Source of the DNA: Octopus sinensis
Lineage: Eukaryota
Length of the DNA stretch: 64,000 nt
Assembly (NCBI RefSeq): GCF_006345805.1
Contig: NC_043009.1
Location: 48,546,001 to 48,610,000 of the forward strand
Reading direction: 5' to 3'
The position numbers were made by a program, and so were the translations under genes. This document shows positions 1-13,299 of this stretch, piece after piece. Numbering within the stretch: position 1 is the first letter of the stretch; each line of letters begins with the position of its first letter. The notes under the pieces were generated by a model, which did no database searches, was not told the DNA's origin, and was given only the letters and a program-made list of their open reading frames with translations.

Positions 1-779
1 TGGTGTTATTTTTATAACTTCTCGTTTAGCATTTCTTCATTATATTTATCATATTGTTTGTTGTTTTATACCACATGTAATGTAATGTAATAACAAAAAT
101 TAAAAATGCAAAGAAAGAAACAAGCAAAAGCAAAAATAATAATAATAATAATAATGATAATAAATGAATAAATAAAATTAAAGAAGAGAAAGAACTAGTT
201 CGCACAGTGGGGAATCTAAAAAGACAACCATCACGCACTTGTGAATGAAACCAATTTTTCACCATTACTTCCAGTCAGCGACTTTTTTCAAATTTAAGAT
301 CCCAAAACAAGCTCCCTCTCACATCATCTCACAACCCAAACCAAACTCGTCACCGATCAACTACCACCACCACCACCACCACCACCACCACCACTGTTAC
401 AACCACCAACACCATCAGCTCTCCTTCTCTTCCTCCATGTTCCTCCGAACACATGAAGTGAGTATGCAACATAATTCATGGGTACTATTTCTTTTTCGAA
501 TGCGTATAACGTCATCCAACAAGCGGTCTCACAGCAAAAGCTGTATCATTTTACGCTGTTCTGATTCGCGAAGAGCTTAACCAACTAGAAGATGGCAAGA
601 GAGAGCTTGGCTACTTCAGTGACGTAAGGTTCAGCAGAGTTTTTACTTTCTTTTTTTTTTTCTGCATTTTTAAATTTTATTTTTATTTATTTATTTATTT
701 GCCGAAGCGAGCAGAAATTTATTTTTTTCACTTCTTGTTTTGTTTTTCGTTGCAATTTTTATTTTGCGTCTTCAGTCGT

Positions 780-1110
780 CTTTATTTCCATTTTCCGCCT
801 TTCTTCCTTCCTTCCTTTCTTCCTTCCTTCCTTCCTTCCTTCCTTTCTTCCTTCCTTCCTTCCTTCCTTCTTTCCTCCCTCCCTCCCTGCCTGCCTGCCT
901 TCCTTCCTTCCTCTCGTCCTTGCTTCCTTTTTCTTGCTTCCTTTTTCTTCCTTTTTTTCTTCTTTCTTTTCTTCTTTCTTTCTTTTTGCCTTCTTTCCTT
1001 CTTTCTTTCTTCCCTCGCTCATTTCTTTCTTTCTTTCTTTCCTTCTTTCCTTCTTTCTTTCTTCCCTCCCCCATTTCTTTCTTTCCTTCTATCTATCTTT
1101 CTTTCTTTCT
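780..1110. repeat. Polypyrimidine (CCTT/CTTT)n compound microsatellite
   Basis: Direct reading; it explains the F/L/S/P-rich and K/E/R-rich ORFs at 699-1452. Confidence 0.95.
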
Positions 1111-1225
1111 TTCTTTTTCTGCTACTTCATAGTATTGGTCATCTTCTTCACACATATCCTCCTCTTCTACATCATCATTACTATCACCATCATCCTCCTC
1201 CTCCTCCTCATAATCATCATTATCC

Positions 1226-1256
<31 letters not shown>

Positions 1257-1577
1257 TGTCGTCGTCGTCCTCGTCGTCGTCATCATCATCATCATAATCA
1301 CCATTGGTATTGTTGTTGCTCTTACTACAACTGTTTACTACTACTACTACTACTACTACTATACTACTACTTGTTCCACTGCGTTGACAGAGGTAACCAC
1401 AATGAAGTACAACTTGTTCTCCTCACCAGACAAAAAATATAAAAACCAATAAAAAAAAACGAAACAAACCTCCAAACAGCAAAACAAAAAAAAACATAAA
1501 CACTCCCACAAATAAAAATAAACTCGACAAGCAAACACACTTCGTCTTTGTCATTATTGCAGGATCCCAATATTTTA

Positions 1578-1655
1578 GCATCATCATCCTCATCATCACC
1601 ATCACCATCCTCATCATCATCATCATCATCGCCATCACCATCACCATCATCATCG

Positions 1656-1701
<46 letters not shown>

Positions 1702-1781
1702 TATCATCACCATCACCATCGTCATCGTCGTCATCATCATATGATCGTCATCGTAGTCATCATCATCATCATCACCATCAC

Positions 1782-1812
<31 letters not shown>

Positions 1813-1819
1813 GTCATCG

Positions 1820-1852
<33 letters not shown>
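1578..1852. repeat. (CAT)n/(CAC)n trinucleotide tract
   Basis: Direct reading; source of the poly-S/H/D/M ORFs. Confidence 0.95.
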
Positions 1853-2161
1853 CGACATTGTAATATCTCACACCACCATTGCAAACTTGCAAAAAACACC
1901 TCCCTCTCCCTTAATCTCTCCCTCTCCCTCTCTCTCTCTTTCTCAATCTCTCTCTCTTTCTCAATCTCTCTCTCTTTCAATCTCTCTCTCTCTCTCTCTC
2001 TCTCACACACTTTTTCTCTATCTTTTCACTCAGCTATACATTCTTCCTTCCTTTCTTTCTTTCGTGCTTGCTTTTTTCTACGTTCCTTTCCGTCTTTCCG
2101 TCCTCTTCCTTTATTTGTTATTTTCATATAATACATACATACATACACATACATACATGCA

Positions 2162-2220
<59 letters not shown>

Positions 2221-2683
2221 ATATATATATACATATATATATATATACATTATATATATTATATATATATATAATATAATATATATATATATAGAATATA
2301 ATATATATACATATATATATATACATATATACATATATATATATATTTATATTCCTTTACATTTGCATATACATATTTATAGATTATTTCATTTGCTATC
2401 GTTCTTTTCATTAACTTCTTTACACTTTCTTTCATCCTTACAATTGTTTCTCTTTTTCCTTTTATCTTTCTTTCGTTTTCATTTCATTCATATTTATCAT
2501 TACATCTTTGTCTAATATTTTCATTTGCTTGTAGACTTTCCTCCTTCATTCTTGGCCCTTTCTTTTACTTAGCTCGCTTTCCTTCTTTCTTCCTTCCTTC
2601 CTTCTTTCCTTTCTTTCTTTCATTCTTTCTTTCTTCCTTTCATCATTTCTTACGTTCGTTTTTTGCTTATTTTTATACACACG

Positions 2684-2736
<53 letters not shown>

Positions 2737-2752
2737 AAACATATACTATGTT

Positions 2753-2787
<35 letters not shown>

Positions 2788-3209
2788 GTATATGTAAATA
2801 TGTATGTGTCTATACACACGCACATATGTATGTATGTATATATATATGTGTAGTTCTTTATCTATTTCTTGTTTCGCCTTTCATTCTGTATGTTGGGAGG
2901 AACACAAGACATGATAAAGCATCTAAAGAAACTTCTCAGATCACTGACCTTACATGAATTATTGCCATCTTTAAGGGAAAATACCTGAAGCTGAACACAC
3001 ATTTCTTACTTTACTTTATATTTCTATAGATTTATTATTGTTTTAGTTATTTGAATATTTTCTTATTTTATTTATTATTTTTTTTTTGCTTTCGTCCTTT
3101 TGTTGCTACCTCATCGCAGTAAAAAAAAACGACTTTCAAACAAAAGTGTAAATAAAAGAAACGTTAAAAATACAACCAAAATATGGAAAAAATACAAATG
3201 ATAAAAATA

Positions 3210-3212
3210 CTT

Positions 3213-3245
<33 letters not shown>

Positions 3246-3305
3246 ATGATAATAATAATAATAATAACAATAATAATAATAATAATAGAAAAAATAATGA
3301 AAATG

Positions 3306-3342
<37 letters not shown>

Positions 3343-3690
3343 GAGAAGAGGAAGGAGAAGGAGAAGGAGAAGAAGGGGGAGAAGAAGAAGAAGAAAGAAG
3401 AAGAAGAAGGAAAAGGAGGAGAAGAAGAAGATGAGAAGAAGAAGGAGAAGAAGAAGAAAAGTGAGAAAGAAGTGAAAGAGAGAAAAGAAAGAGAAGAGAA
3501 GACGAAGAAGAAGGAGGAGAAGGAGGAGGAGGAGGAGAAGAAGAAGAATAAAAGAAGAAGAAGGAGAAGGAGGAGAAGGAGGAGGAGGAGGAGGAGAAGA
3601 AGAAGAAGAGAAGAAGAAGAAGAAGAAGAAGAAGAAGAAGAAGAAGAAGAAGAAGAAGAAGAGAAAGACGAATAAAAAGAGGAAAGAAAA
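3210..3690. repeat. Compound (ACT)n-(AAT)n-(GAA/GGA)n tract
   Basis: Direct reading; long homopurine section at about 3340-3690. Confidence 0.95.
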
Positions 3691-3896
3691 AGAAATAGTA
3701 CTAACAAAGATAATAATACTAATAATAACAATAGTAATTCTTTGCATTTATTTGCCACAAGGACTCGTGTATTCAAAACGAGTTACATGACTTAAGGTGA
3801 TGCAAACACAGTTACACAAAAATTACCAGCGAGGAATGAAAAACTAAATCATTAAACAATGTATCATGGAAGATAGTGGTTTGAAATTTTGAAACA

Positions 3897-4083
3897 AAGC
3901 CAGCAAATTCAGGGTAGTGGTTAAATCCATTACACTGACTCCCCTCCCACGCACGTGCTTATCTAGTACTTGTTTTATTGACGCTGGAAGGAATGCAAGG
4001 TAAAGTCAACCCCGGTGGAATATGAATTCCGCTAAGAATTTTGCCCCCGGCGTGCTAACAATTCTGCCAGAGTACCGCCTTAT
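3897..4083 (-). mobile_element. Degraded tRNA-head SINE, family B
   Basis: Matches the window's family B copies (gtaaagtcaaccccggtggaatatgaa...cggcgtgctaacaattctgccag). Confidence 0.6.
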
Positions 4084-4169
4084 ATTACGGAAAATATCTT
4101 TTAGAAATTGCAATAAAATATACTTAAACAAGTAAAATATCCATCTCTCGATCTCTCAACGTATATATA

Positions 4170-4292
4170 TATAGCTGAAATTGCTAGGATGATCCGGTTC
4201 TTGACTGAAGATTGAAGGCTTCCAATGTCCCGTCCGTGTTTTTTGTATCGTCTTCTAAATGTTTTACGTTCTTGTCCCAGTTTGTATTTTTC

Positions 4293-4365
<73 letters not shown>

Positions 4366-6090
4366 ATTGTGTATGTGTGTGTGTGATTAATAAAAATACT
4401 TGGAACTTGTGCACACACGAGCAAGAACACAGCATCAAAAATACTAGATCGGAGCACTCCTCAACTCTGTCAGTCTTTTATCCAAATGTTGTCCCACATC
4501 ATATCCCACCTCTCCAACCCACCCAACACCTGGTTCCATTTTCCATTTTTCATTTCTGTTAATCTATCCATGAATTCATCAATGCCTTTTCGGAGATGTG
4601 TGAATTTATTCCATTCTGGGATGTGGAGATTTCATCTCCGTATATCTTACTTGGCTTTGTTATCGACTCGCCTTTTTCGTCTCTATAATTTTATGATATT
4701 GCTACCGCTTTCCATACCCTCTTGTACAGCCATTCACTGAAGATGTTATAATGTATTCCTTCCCATAGCCTCTGCCTAGCTCTGCAATGACAGAAATGCG
4801 ATTTTTGTCGCAATTCTAGGTGCTGAGATAAGTGGGGGCGGGACCTGTTTCACTCGGCACCAGCTGGTGATATTTGCTCCCTCTGCTGTTAAGAATAGAA
4901 ATCTTTAATGCAATCTTCCTGACACACTCGTAAAAAAAACTTGATATTATATCCTGCATCAACTCTCTGATTACTTTCCTTTTCTGTCCCCGCGATGCTG
5001 TTCAACTCTGTGAAAGACAAGTAGTAATTGTAGATCATCTGAACCAGTACATACAAGCATACGACTGCCAACCACATGCTATTGCCTGTCACCTCCGCTT
5101 TCAGCACTTGCCCGTAAAACTGACGACGAATAGATATTCAACATTCATACAAATTATGTACGTCTCATCATATTTTCTTTTTCAAGTGGCCGTAAACGAG
5201 ATGTGTTTTGTAAGGCTGCACCAAGAATCTCTGCCACCCATGGACTTAGATTCTGAATTCCATGCTTTATGCGGTTTTTTAATAACATTAATGTAGCTGA
5301 ATATTCTTCTATATAGAGAGAACGAGAAAATCTCTTGAATATAACATCTGGTATGGCTTGTTCTGCTATGCAAAGGGATCACAATTGCTAAAGTTTTTCC
5401 TATATGACAGCACCAGTGTTTGTGAGCGCCTGTTTCGTCATCTGCTTACAAGTCTTGAAAAGCCAGCGTTTCAATATATTAAGCACTGCCTTTCACAAGA
5501 TATTCCTTTGACAGCATAAGAAAGACCCTCTTCATTTTCCGAGAAGAATCAGTGTGTCGCATTACTTTTAACTCATTTCATGATGAATTCCTCGGGCAAG
5601 GACGCATTTCCTCTTGCAACGTGACTCTCCCACATTTTGCACGGCAATGTACCCATGTTCAGCGATTCCCTCTTTTTTCTTGTGTAACACTTGAAAAGCA
5701 AATTTATCACAATTGATACTGCGGTTCTTTAATTCTACTTGTCTAATGGTTCTCTGGTTGTTCAATTTTTATGGTTATTTCTGTACTTCTGTTTTTTTTC
5801 TTTTTAGATTTCTTAAGAGGTATATTTTCTTAGGATTTTTGTGAGCGCTTCCCCTAACAACCCTTCAGTGGACTCCATTGATACAAATACTTTCAAAATT
5901 ATCAAACAGCAAAAAAAAAAAAAAAGAATCTTTAAAATAATCTTTGCTTCACCCAAAGGAGTTGAATTCACTAGACAAAAATTGAAATCTTTCACTATCA
6001 CTCTTCCACATAACACAACACGCACACACGTAAAAAATTCTTCCAATTTGAAAAGGAGTCTCATGATGTTTTCAAGACCAAGCATTTTCG
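4170..6090 (-). mobile_element. Highly decayed L1/Tx1-like LINE ORF2 fragment (APE endonuclease to start of RT), interrupted by a (TA)(TG) microsatellite
   Basis: Minus-strand translation across frameshifts gives motifs in the expected ORF2 order: RVIVKDFNF (GDFN-like), RARQRLWEG, RDEKGESITKPSKI, EMKNGK..PG, WDNI, HWKPSI (NWRPIS-like). Many stops are present. Confidence 0.5.
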
Positions 6091-6114
6091 TATAAGAATG
6101 AATACTCGGCACGA

Positions 6115-6139
6115 TAATAATAAAATAATAATAATAATG

Positions 6140-6194
<55 letters not shown>

Positions 6195-6229
6195 TAATAA
6201 TAATAATAATGATAATAATAATAATAATG

Positions 6230-6283
<54 letters not shown>

Positions 6284-6285
6284 TA
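6115..6285. repeat. (AAT)n microsatellite
   Basis: Direct reading. Confidence 0.95.
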
Positions 6286-6349
6286 ATTTTCCTTTTTTCC
6301 TCTTTTTCTCTCTGTCTTTCTTCTCAATTTTCTCTATCACATGATCTTG

Positions 6350-6437
6350 TAAATGAACAATCCGGTGTCTTTATTTTAATGGCCTACCTAGGTGTCAGGA
6401 AGGTACTGGCCAAGAAATGGAAACAAAATTGAAAGAA
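6350..6437 (+). mobile_element. 3' UTR terminus of an R4/Dong-like element, same family as 55518-56807
   Basis: ttaatggcctac...ctaggtgtcaggaaggtactggccaagaaatggaaacaaaattgaaagaaa aligns by eye with 56708-56800 (ttaatggcctac...ctaggagtcgggaagacactcggcaagaaatggaagcaaatttgaaagaag). Confidence 0.7.
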
Positions 6438-6448
6438 AATGATAATGA

Positions 6449-7293
6449 CGATGTAGCCACATCAGAAGTTGCTGGAAAAAATAGGTAAGAGTGGCTGATG
6501 AAAGGAAATCTAAAAAAGAGACCCAAAGCATTATACTGGCATTTCGGGACCAAGCTTTGGGCACGAATTGGAGGATCAACCTTAGGAATGAGCAAGTGAC
6601 TCCGCTGTGCCGCATCTGCAATAGAATGGATGAAACCATTGCCCATATCACGAACAAATGCACTAGACTTGCCCCAAACCATAACAAGTAGCGATACGAC
6701 CAGAGAGCGAAGGTGTTACATTAGAAACTGTGCAAAAATTTGGGTGGTTGGGACTAGAGAGAAGCAAGACGTGGTATGAGCACAAACCGCAGAGAACGGC
6801 GGAGTCGGAGACCAGCAAAATCCTCTGGGATTTCCAAATCCAAACATCGAGTGCTAGAGCATAACAGACCAGATCTAGTGGTGGTGGACAAGGTGCAACA
6901 CATATGCTATATAGTTGATGTTGCATACCCCTTTGACCCCCGAATAGTCAAGAAGGAATGCGAAAAGATTGATAGATACAACCCTCTTAAGAACAAAATA
7001 GCCCGGCTATGGTAAATGAAGAACGTGAAGATACTGCCAATTATTGTTGGGTCATTGGGAACAGTATTAGAAGACATCAAGAGGATTATAAAAGAAATTG
7101 GAATAAAGTGCCCAGTAGAACTGACATAAAAGGTTTGCCGCCTTGACACGGCCAGAATACTCAGGAAGGTATTAGAGAGCTGAAAAGAACGAATGGCATG
7201 GTGCCGTAGGCAGCATATAGTAAGCCCGCTACGGATGCAGGTCTTCAGGAGCTCCAATAAAACCTGTGATAAAGAGATAATAATAACAATAAT
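6449..7293 (+). mobile_element. 5'-truncated R4/Dong-like non-LTR retrotransposon (zinc knuckle + RLE endonuclease, 3' UTR, AAT tail)
   Basis: Frameshifted translation: EWLMKGNLK/KETQSIILAFRDQAL, CRICNRMDETIAHITNKC (CCHC), RPDLVVVDK, IVDVAYPFD, KECEKIDRY, LPIIVGSLG, TARILRKVLES* (stop 7181-7183), followed by an AAT tail. Confidence 0.9.
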
Positions 7294-7617
7294 GAGGAAT
7301 GCTAAGAATGTTGATGAGAGTTTATTACTCGACAGCAGTACTTCAATGGTTGTTTATTTCGACGACCTTAAAAGAAAGAAAGGCAAATTCGACCTGAAAA
7401 AAATACTTCAAGACATTTTTTGCGAATTTGCAGCGATTGCGTTAGCCCTTCGCTGTATATATTTATATGATGTATTGTAGTTTTTGTTTAGTCGTTATTG
7501 AAATATAACCTATCATATTTTCGTTCAAAAAGAAGTTCTAACTGTGACCATCACGTCTTTTCTTCTTTAAACTTTAAATAACTTCGATCACATTATCTAA
7601 TATGTTTTTATACTGAA

Positions 7618-8013
7618 CTAGCAGTATCGCCCAGCGTTGCTCGGGTTTGTAAGGGAAATAACTATATAAGCATTTTTAGAGATGTAAAATATAATAGCCA
7701 TCTCAATGTAGCTAACGACAAAGGAGGTGGTTACTGTAGCTTTTTACGTTCTGACATTTAATAATACATTTTTAGAGAGTTACTTCCCTTATATAATAGC
7801 AAAAAAATGCATTAAAAATGGGAAAAAATGGTGGTAATTTTTTTTTTAAATCGTAGACTCATCGTAGACACGCGCTAATACCCAGAAGGGCTCGATATGA
7901 ATCACGACTATAAGATACCCGAATTTGGTTAAACTGCACCGCAAAATGTGGGAGTAGTTAGGAATCTAAATCGTAGGAGACAGACACACAACTTCATTTT
8001 TATATATAAAGAT
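7618..8013 (+). mobile_element. Non-autonomous Helitron/Helentron-like (HINE-type) element
   Basis: Starts actagcagtatcgcccagcgttgctcggg and ends acagacacaca...ttttatatataaagat, which resembles termini of invertebrate non-autonomous Helitron-like families. Called from recognition of the termini only. Confidence 0.5.
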
Positions 8014-8518
8014 TACAAGAAAATCTGGGTAGTATTTCTAGCAGCATCTGCAACCATGTAGTGACACACTCGTTGTCTCCTTACATAATGAAATTCTGCT
8101 GTTGATTAGATTAACTAAATACAAGTAGTTACATAACCAGCCAACGGCACACGTCCCCGAAAGCTACGACGCCCTAGACACATATGTATATTTAATTGAT
8201 TCCTTCGTTGGTTTTAAATTAGATGTTAAATTATAAATATTAGATGCTTCATAACATTTACCAGTCGCTAACATTGAAATAGTAATCTCGGGGCATATTT
8301 CATATTGAATCTTATAATTTAGAATTGCTAAATTATAGTACATGCCCGTGTACATACGTATCAGTGTATGTGTGTATGTTTGTTCGTGAGTGTGCGTGTG
8401 CACAGATATATATATATATATGTACATATTTTCATACATGCATATACATATATACAGAGAAATATACCTCATATATAAAGTATATATATGCGTATATATT
8501 ATATATATATATATATAT

Positions 8519-8598
<80 letters not shown>

Positions 8599-9074
8599 AT
8601 GTATATATAGATTTACATACATAAATGCATACATAAATACATACATGAGCATTAATTTATAATTTGCAAATGAATAAATACACACACATCCACTTGCCAT
8701 CTCTTAACCGTCTCGTGTGAGTACATACACACAAATAGGCATACACGCAAACATACCCAGAAACATATATACATACATACATACACACATGCATGCATTT
8801 ATGTATGTATGGACATATACACAAATAGATACAGTTGCAATGATAAATAACTTGGCTGTTAAAATTGCTAGGAAAATTTCTGAATATTACTATAATTATC
8901 TGGAGTCAAATACAGAATTAAATTAAATTAAATTTAATTTCAGTTTTTAAACTCATAAGTAACATCCTATGAAATGTTATTAATATTTTGAAATTTGTTT
9001 ATTATTTCCAAACTGTATATTTGATGCAATTTTCGTCATCATTCGCACCAACATCGTCATCAGTGTGTGATTAT

Positions 9075-9126
9075 CCCCGACGTCATCATCGTTGATGACA
9101 TCATCATCATCATCATCATCAATATT

Positions 9127-9194
<68 letters not shown>

Positions 9195-9325
9195 TATCAT
9201 TGTCGTCGTCGTCGTCATCGTCATCATCATCATCATCATCGTCATCATCATTATCCTCATCATCACTATTATCATCATCATCATCATCACCGTCATTATT
9301 ATCATCGTCGTCGTCGTCGTCATCG

Positions 9326-9384
<59 letters not shown>

Positions 9385-9459
9385 GTCATCATCATCTTCA
9401 TCGTCATCGTCATCATCATCGTCACCACCACCACCACCATCATCATCATCACTACCACC

Positions 9460-9493
<34 letters not shown>

Positions 9494-9512
9494 TCACATC
9501 ATCATTACCACC

Positions 9513-9546
<34 letters not shown>

Positions 9547-9959
9547 TATCATCATCATCATCATCATCATCACATCATCATCAACATCACTTTCGTTGTT
9601 GTCGCTTTCGTTTTCATCTTTGTCAACACCATCGTCGTTGCCGTCGCAGCCGCCGCTAATCCTACCTTCTCCGGTGTCACCGCCAATTATAGCGTTGCCA
9701 TTAACTCCTTCCTAACCATAATCATCGTATTCATAATGATGATCACCGTCCAAATTGCTGCCGCTATTAGTATTATTCTCCTCCTCCACCTCCTCCCCGT
9801 CTTCATCCTACTCCCTCGGTTTTTCCTCCTACTGCTCCTTCTCTTCTATCCACTCCTCTTCCCCCTTTTCATCATCGCCATCCTCACAATCATTATCATT
9901 ATCACTACTACCACCACCGCCACCACCACCACCACCAAAACCACCACCACTACCATCAC

Positions 9960-9994
<35 letters not shown>

Positions 9995-10005
9995 CCACCA
10001 CCACC

Positions 10006-10037
<32 letters not shown>

Positions 10038-10038
10038 T

Positions 10039-10074
<36 letters not shown>

Positions 10075-10095
10075 GTCATCGTCATCTTTATCATA
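9075..10095. repeat. ~1 kb compound (CAT/CAC/CGT)n tract
   Basis: Direct reading; source of the 343-aa poly-I/T ORF. Confidence 0.95.
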
Positions 10096-10209
10096 TGACC
10101 ATTACTAATATCGTCGCAGTGAACTTAGAAAATTAGACTCAAATTCACTTTAAAATAAGATGTGGCTTTCATTTCAATTACACATTTGTTATTTAGAGCC
10201 GTGTGTAAT

Positions 10210-10225
10210 GATAATAATAATAATA

Positions 10226-10282
<57 letters not shown>

Positions 10283-10428
10283 GAAAAAAGAAGAAGAAGA
10301 AGAAGAAGAAGAAGAAGAAGAAGAAGAAGAAGAAGAAGAAGAAGAAGAAGAAGAAGAAGAAGAAGAAGAAGAGAAGAAGAAGAAGAAGAAGAAGAAGAAG
10401 AAGAAGAAGATGAAGAAGAAGAAGAAGA
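10210..10428. repeat. (AAT)n followed by (GAA)n
   Basis: Direct reading; near-pure GAA run at about 10288-10428. Confidence 0.95.
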
Positions 10429-10949
10429 AACTCTATAATTTGTCATAGAAGTATTAAATAAGGGAGATATTGCGACGCGCGTATAGAATTTGTGCTCCTG
10501 TTTTCATATAAGACGAAGGGATGAAATGAGATAATTATATACATAGTATACAAAATACATGTGCACTGTTATAATGCAAAGCTCCGGATTTTCGAAATAC
10601 TCCGAATAACGCTAATCAAGGCGTCCCAGAGTTACATGTCTATTCTTACCACCAGGGGCGCAAATCATCACCCGACTATTACTCTCCAATTTAGAGGTCC
10701 GTGCTTAGATTAAGTTCAACCACTCGAACAATTTTTGCCTCAGTCACCCACTATTGGACAAATTAACTGAGAGGTAACTCTTTCCTCTGCATCTTCGCTT
10801 TCCATACCAAATTAATGGATTCAAATTTTGGCGCAACATCAGCAAGTTAAGCAGAGTAGGGTCTTTGTCAAGTACCTAAACCGCAGTACCTGTTTGGTAC
10901 TTTATTGTCGATCTGTCTCAAACTTACAGTCAAATGACAAAGTCTCGCA

Positions 10950-11290
10950 ATGATTCAAGGCTGAAAGTACAAGCCACTTTTGTGAACGAGAGGTTTGTCA
11001 GGCGCAAGGCTACTGCTTACGAGCGACTGATACTCATTTTCAGCTGAGTATATTGAGGCAAGAGAGTTTATGAATGATAGGAAAGTTTGGAGAGTGGACG
11101 GATGAGTGTATTTGATGATGCTTAATTGGGTACGGAACCAGCATATGCTGTCGGGCTCCGCTGTTGATATTGGGGGTTGCGTTCTATGCCTAGACCGGAG
11201 CATAGAACGGGACTTGTCTCTTTGAACTGAGAAATGAATGCAATGCCTGGTGTTTGTCTTGTTGTGGCTACCCCCTCCTAAAATATGAGG
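10950..11290 (-). mobile_element. Possible ancient LINE APE-endonuclease remnant
   Basis: Weak motifs only (PGIAFI, QLSIIKYTHPST..FLSFINSL); no GDFN motif recovered. Confidence 0.25.
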
Positions 11291-11719
11291 AATAGGCCTG
11301 GGTGCATATAAAAAATATATATTGTTCCAAACAAGAACACATCAGTCAGTGGCCGGTGTCAGAATCCAAACCTTGTACAGACATCTGTAAAACAAAACTA
11401 TTAACAACTTGATTATGATAGATAGTGATATACAAATACAACACAATACAGGGCCAAGGGTTCCAACATAAAGGTCAGAAATATGGTTTCAAGATATTAC
11501 TCCAATATCCGCTAAAATAAAACTTAATATAATGTTATGTTATATAATATGATTAAATATAATATAGGGTGCGTAAGATATTTGAGGACAGATTTATGTT
11601 TATAAAAAACAGATATAACAACAGATAATAACGCTATTTATCAAAAAATGTGATGAGGATATAAATAAACCTTCTTTTCTATAATCAGAAATATTAAATT
11701 TCTAAATCTCTCATAGAGA

Positions 11720-12830
11720 TATGTACGGTGCTGACAGTATACAACCATTCTTTTCTATAATGTTATTCACTAAAGCCATCTTCAACTTCAATAACTACTT
11801 CTATATGAGATCTAAATCATCTACATGCGCAAATCAAGTGGTCCTGGTTTATTTTGGACATTTTGTTGTTATGGGTACGTTCATTGACCTCTCTCTCAAC
11901 AACGCATGTAATAGTCCAATGGATTGAGATCAGGGGAATTAGGAGACTAAATGTTAGGGGTTATGTGATCACAAAAATGTTCAGCCATCCATGCCTGTGT
12001 TAGTAGAGCTATGTGTGATAGTGCAGAGTCTCACTGAAGCACATATGGCCTTCCATTGCATACACTGTCTATCCAGGGCTAAACAATTGTTTCCAGGACC
12101 TCAATGTAAGTAGAAGAGTTAACTCTAAGGCCTTGTAGAAAGAAATAAGAAGGCGTCACATGTCCTTCATTGCTGACAGCCCCGAAAATCATGGCGGTTG
12201 TTGGAAATTTTGTATGTAGTAACATTTGGAACTTCAGAAGGGTCGGCACGTATCGTTCTGTCATTTCTTCTCTAAACATTTTTGATCTTGATCGAAGTGT
12301 TTCTCGTTTGAGAAAAAAACAAATCAAATCTTCTGCTGGATTTTTCAATTTATTTAAGAGGCTTTTAGATCTGATGTAGTTATGTTAATTTTGCTTTTTT
12401 TTTTACACAAATTTACCTTTCCTCATCCTATAAGACTTATATCTTATGACTTCGTGGACAACATGTCTGATTGTTCCTTCTGAAACATGGAGATCTTTTG
12501 CAATTGACCTCATGGAGTTTCTGGGATTGTAATCAACGGGCTGTAGAACTTGCTGCATAAACTGAGATATTCTGATAATTTCGGAGCGTTTAGAATGATT
12601 TTTATGCTTTGATACTGGTGATACGTTTCCATCTTCAGTTTCGAACTCCTTGCGAACTTTGTGGACGAAAGATCAGGCAACTTTTAAGAATCAGGATATT
12701 TCTAAATCGCTATACTCAGACTTTATAACCTCGATAACAGCATGTCTCTTCATTTCTTGAGGAAGCTAAATGTTTGCCAGTATTATTTTCTGAAACAAAG
12801 ATTATACAGTGTTAGCAAAAATGAAACAAT
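11720..12830 (-). mobile_element. Decayed Tc1/mariner-superfamily transposon, maT/DD37D type
   Basis: Minus strand: MKRHAVIEVIK..FVHKVRKEF..SMRSIAKDLHVSEGTIR, TKFPTTAMIFGAVSNEGHV, PWIDSVCNGRPYVLQ*DSA...SPDLNPLDY. There are 37 residues between the 2nd D (12028-12030) and 3rd D (11914-11916). Termini not resolved. Confidence 0.9.
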
Positions 12831-12880
12831 AACCAAAAAAATGTATGTCTTCAATTACCATTCGGACCCCGTATAATTTA

Positions 12881-12928
<48 letters not shown>

Positions 12929-12941
12929 TCTACCTACCTAC

Positions 12942-13025
<84 letters not shown>

Positions 13026-13187
13026 TTAGCCATCCATCTATCTATCTATCTATCTATTTATCTACCTATATACATACATATATATATATATATATATGTG
13101 GGGGGTGTACGTATATATGTACAAGAATATATATGCATATATATACGTGTATGTATGCGTATGTATATCTGTATATTTGTATAAGTA

Positions 13188-13228
<41 letters not shown>

Positions 13229-13259
13229 AGACATGTACATATATATACATATATGTATG

Positions 13260-13299
<40 letters not shown>

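Noticed and set aside
699-2334. Long ORFs (247, 243, 195 aa and others) with poly-F/L/S/H/D/I/Y
   Set aside because: They are translations of CCTT, CAT, CT and TA microsatellites, open in several frames and on both strands. The same applies to the ORFs at 9067-10098, 46688-47407, 57752-58558 and all YIYI/LSIY/CVCV ORFs.
4900-5400. PDVIF...YIEEY read as an RLE PD-(D/E)xK motif
   Set aside because: No zinc knuckle or matching tail. The surrounding motif order fits an L1/Tx1 ORF2 linker better.
11180-11209. 10-bp perfect hairpin CGTTCTATGC/GCATAGAACG
   Set aside because: About one such stem is expected by chance in 64 kb.
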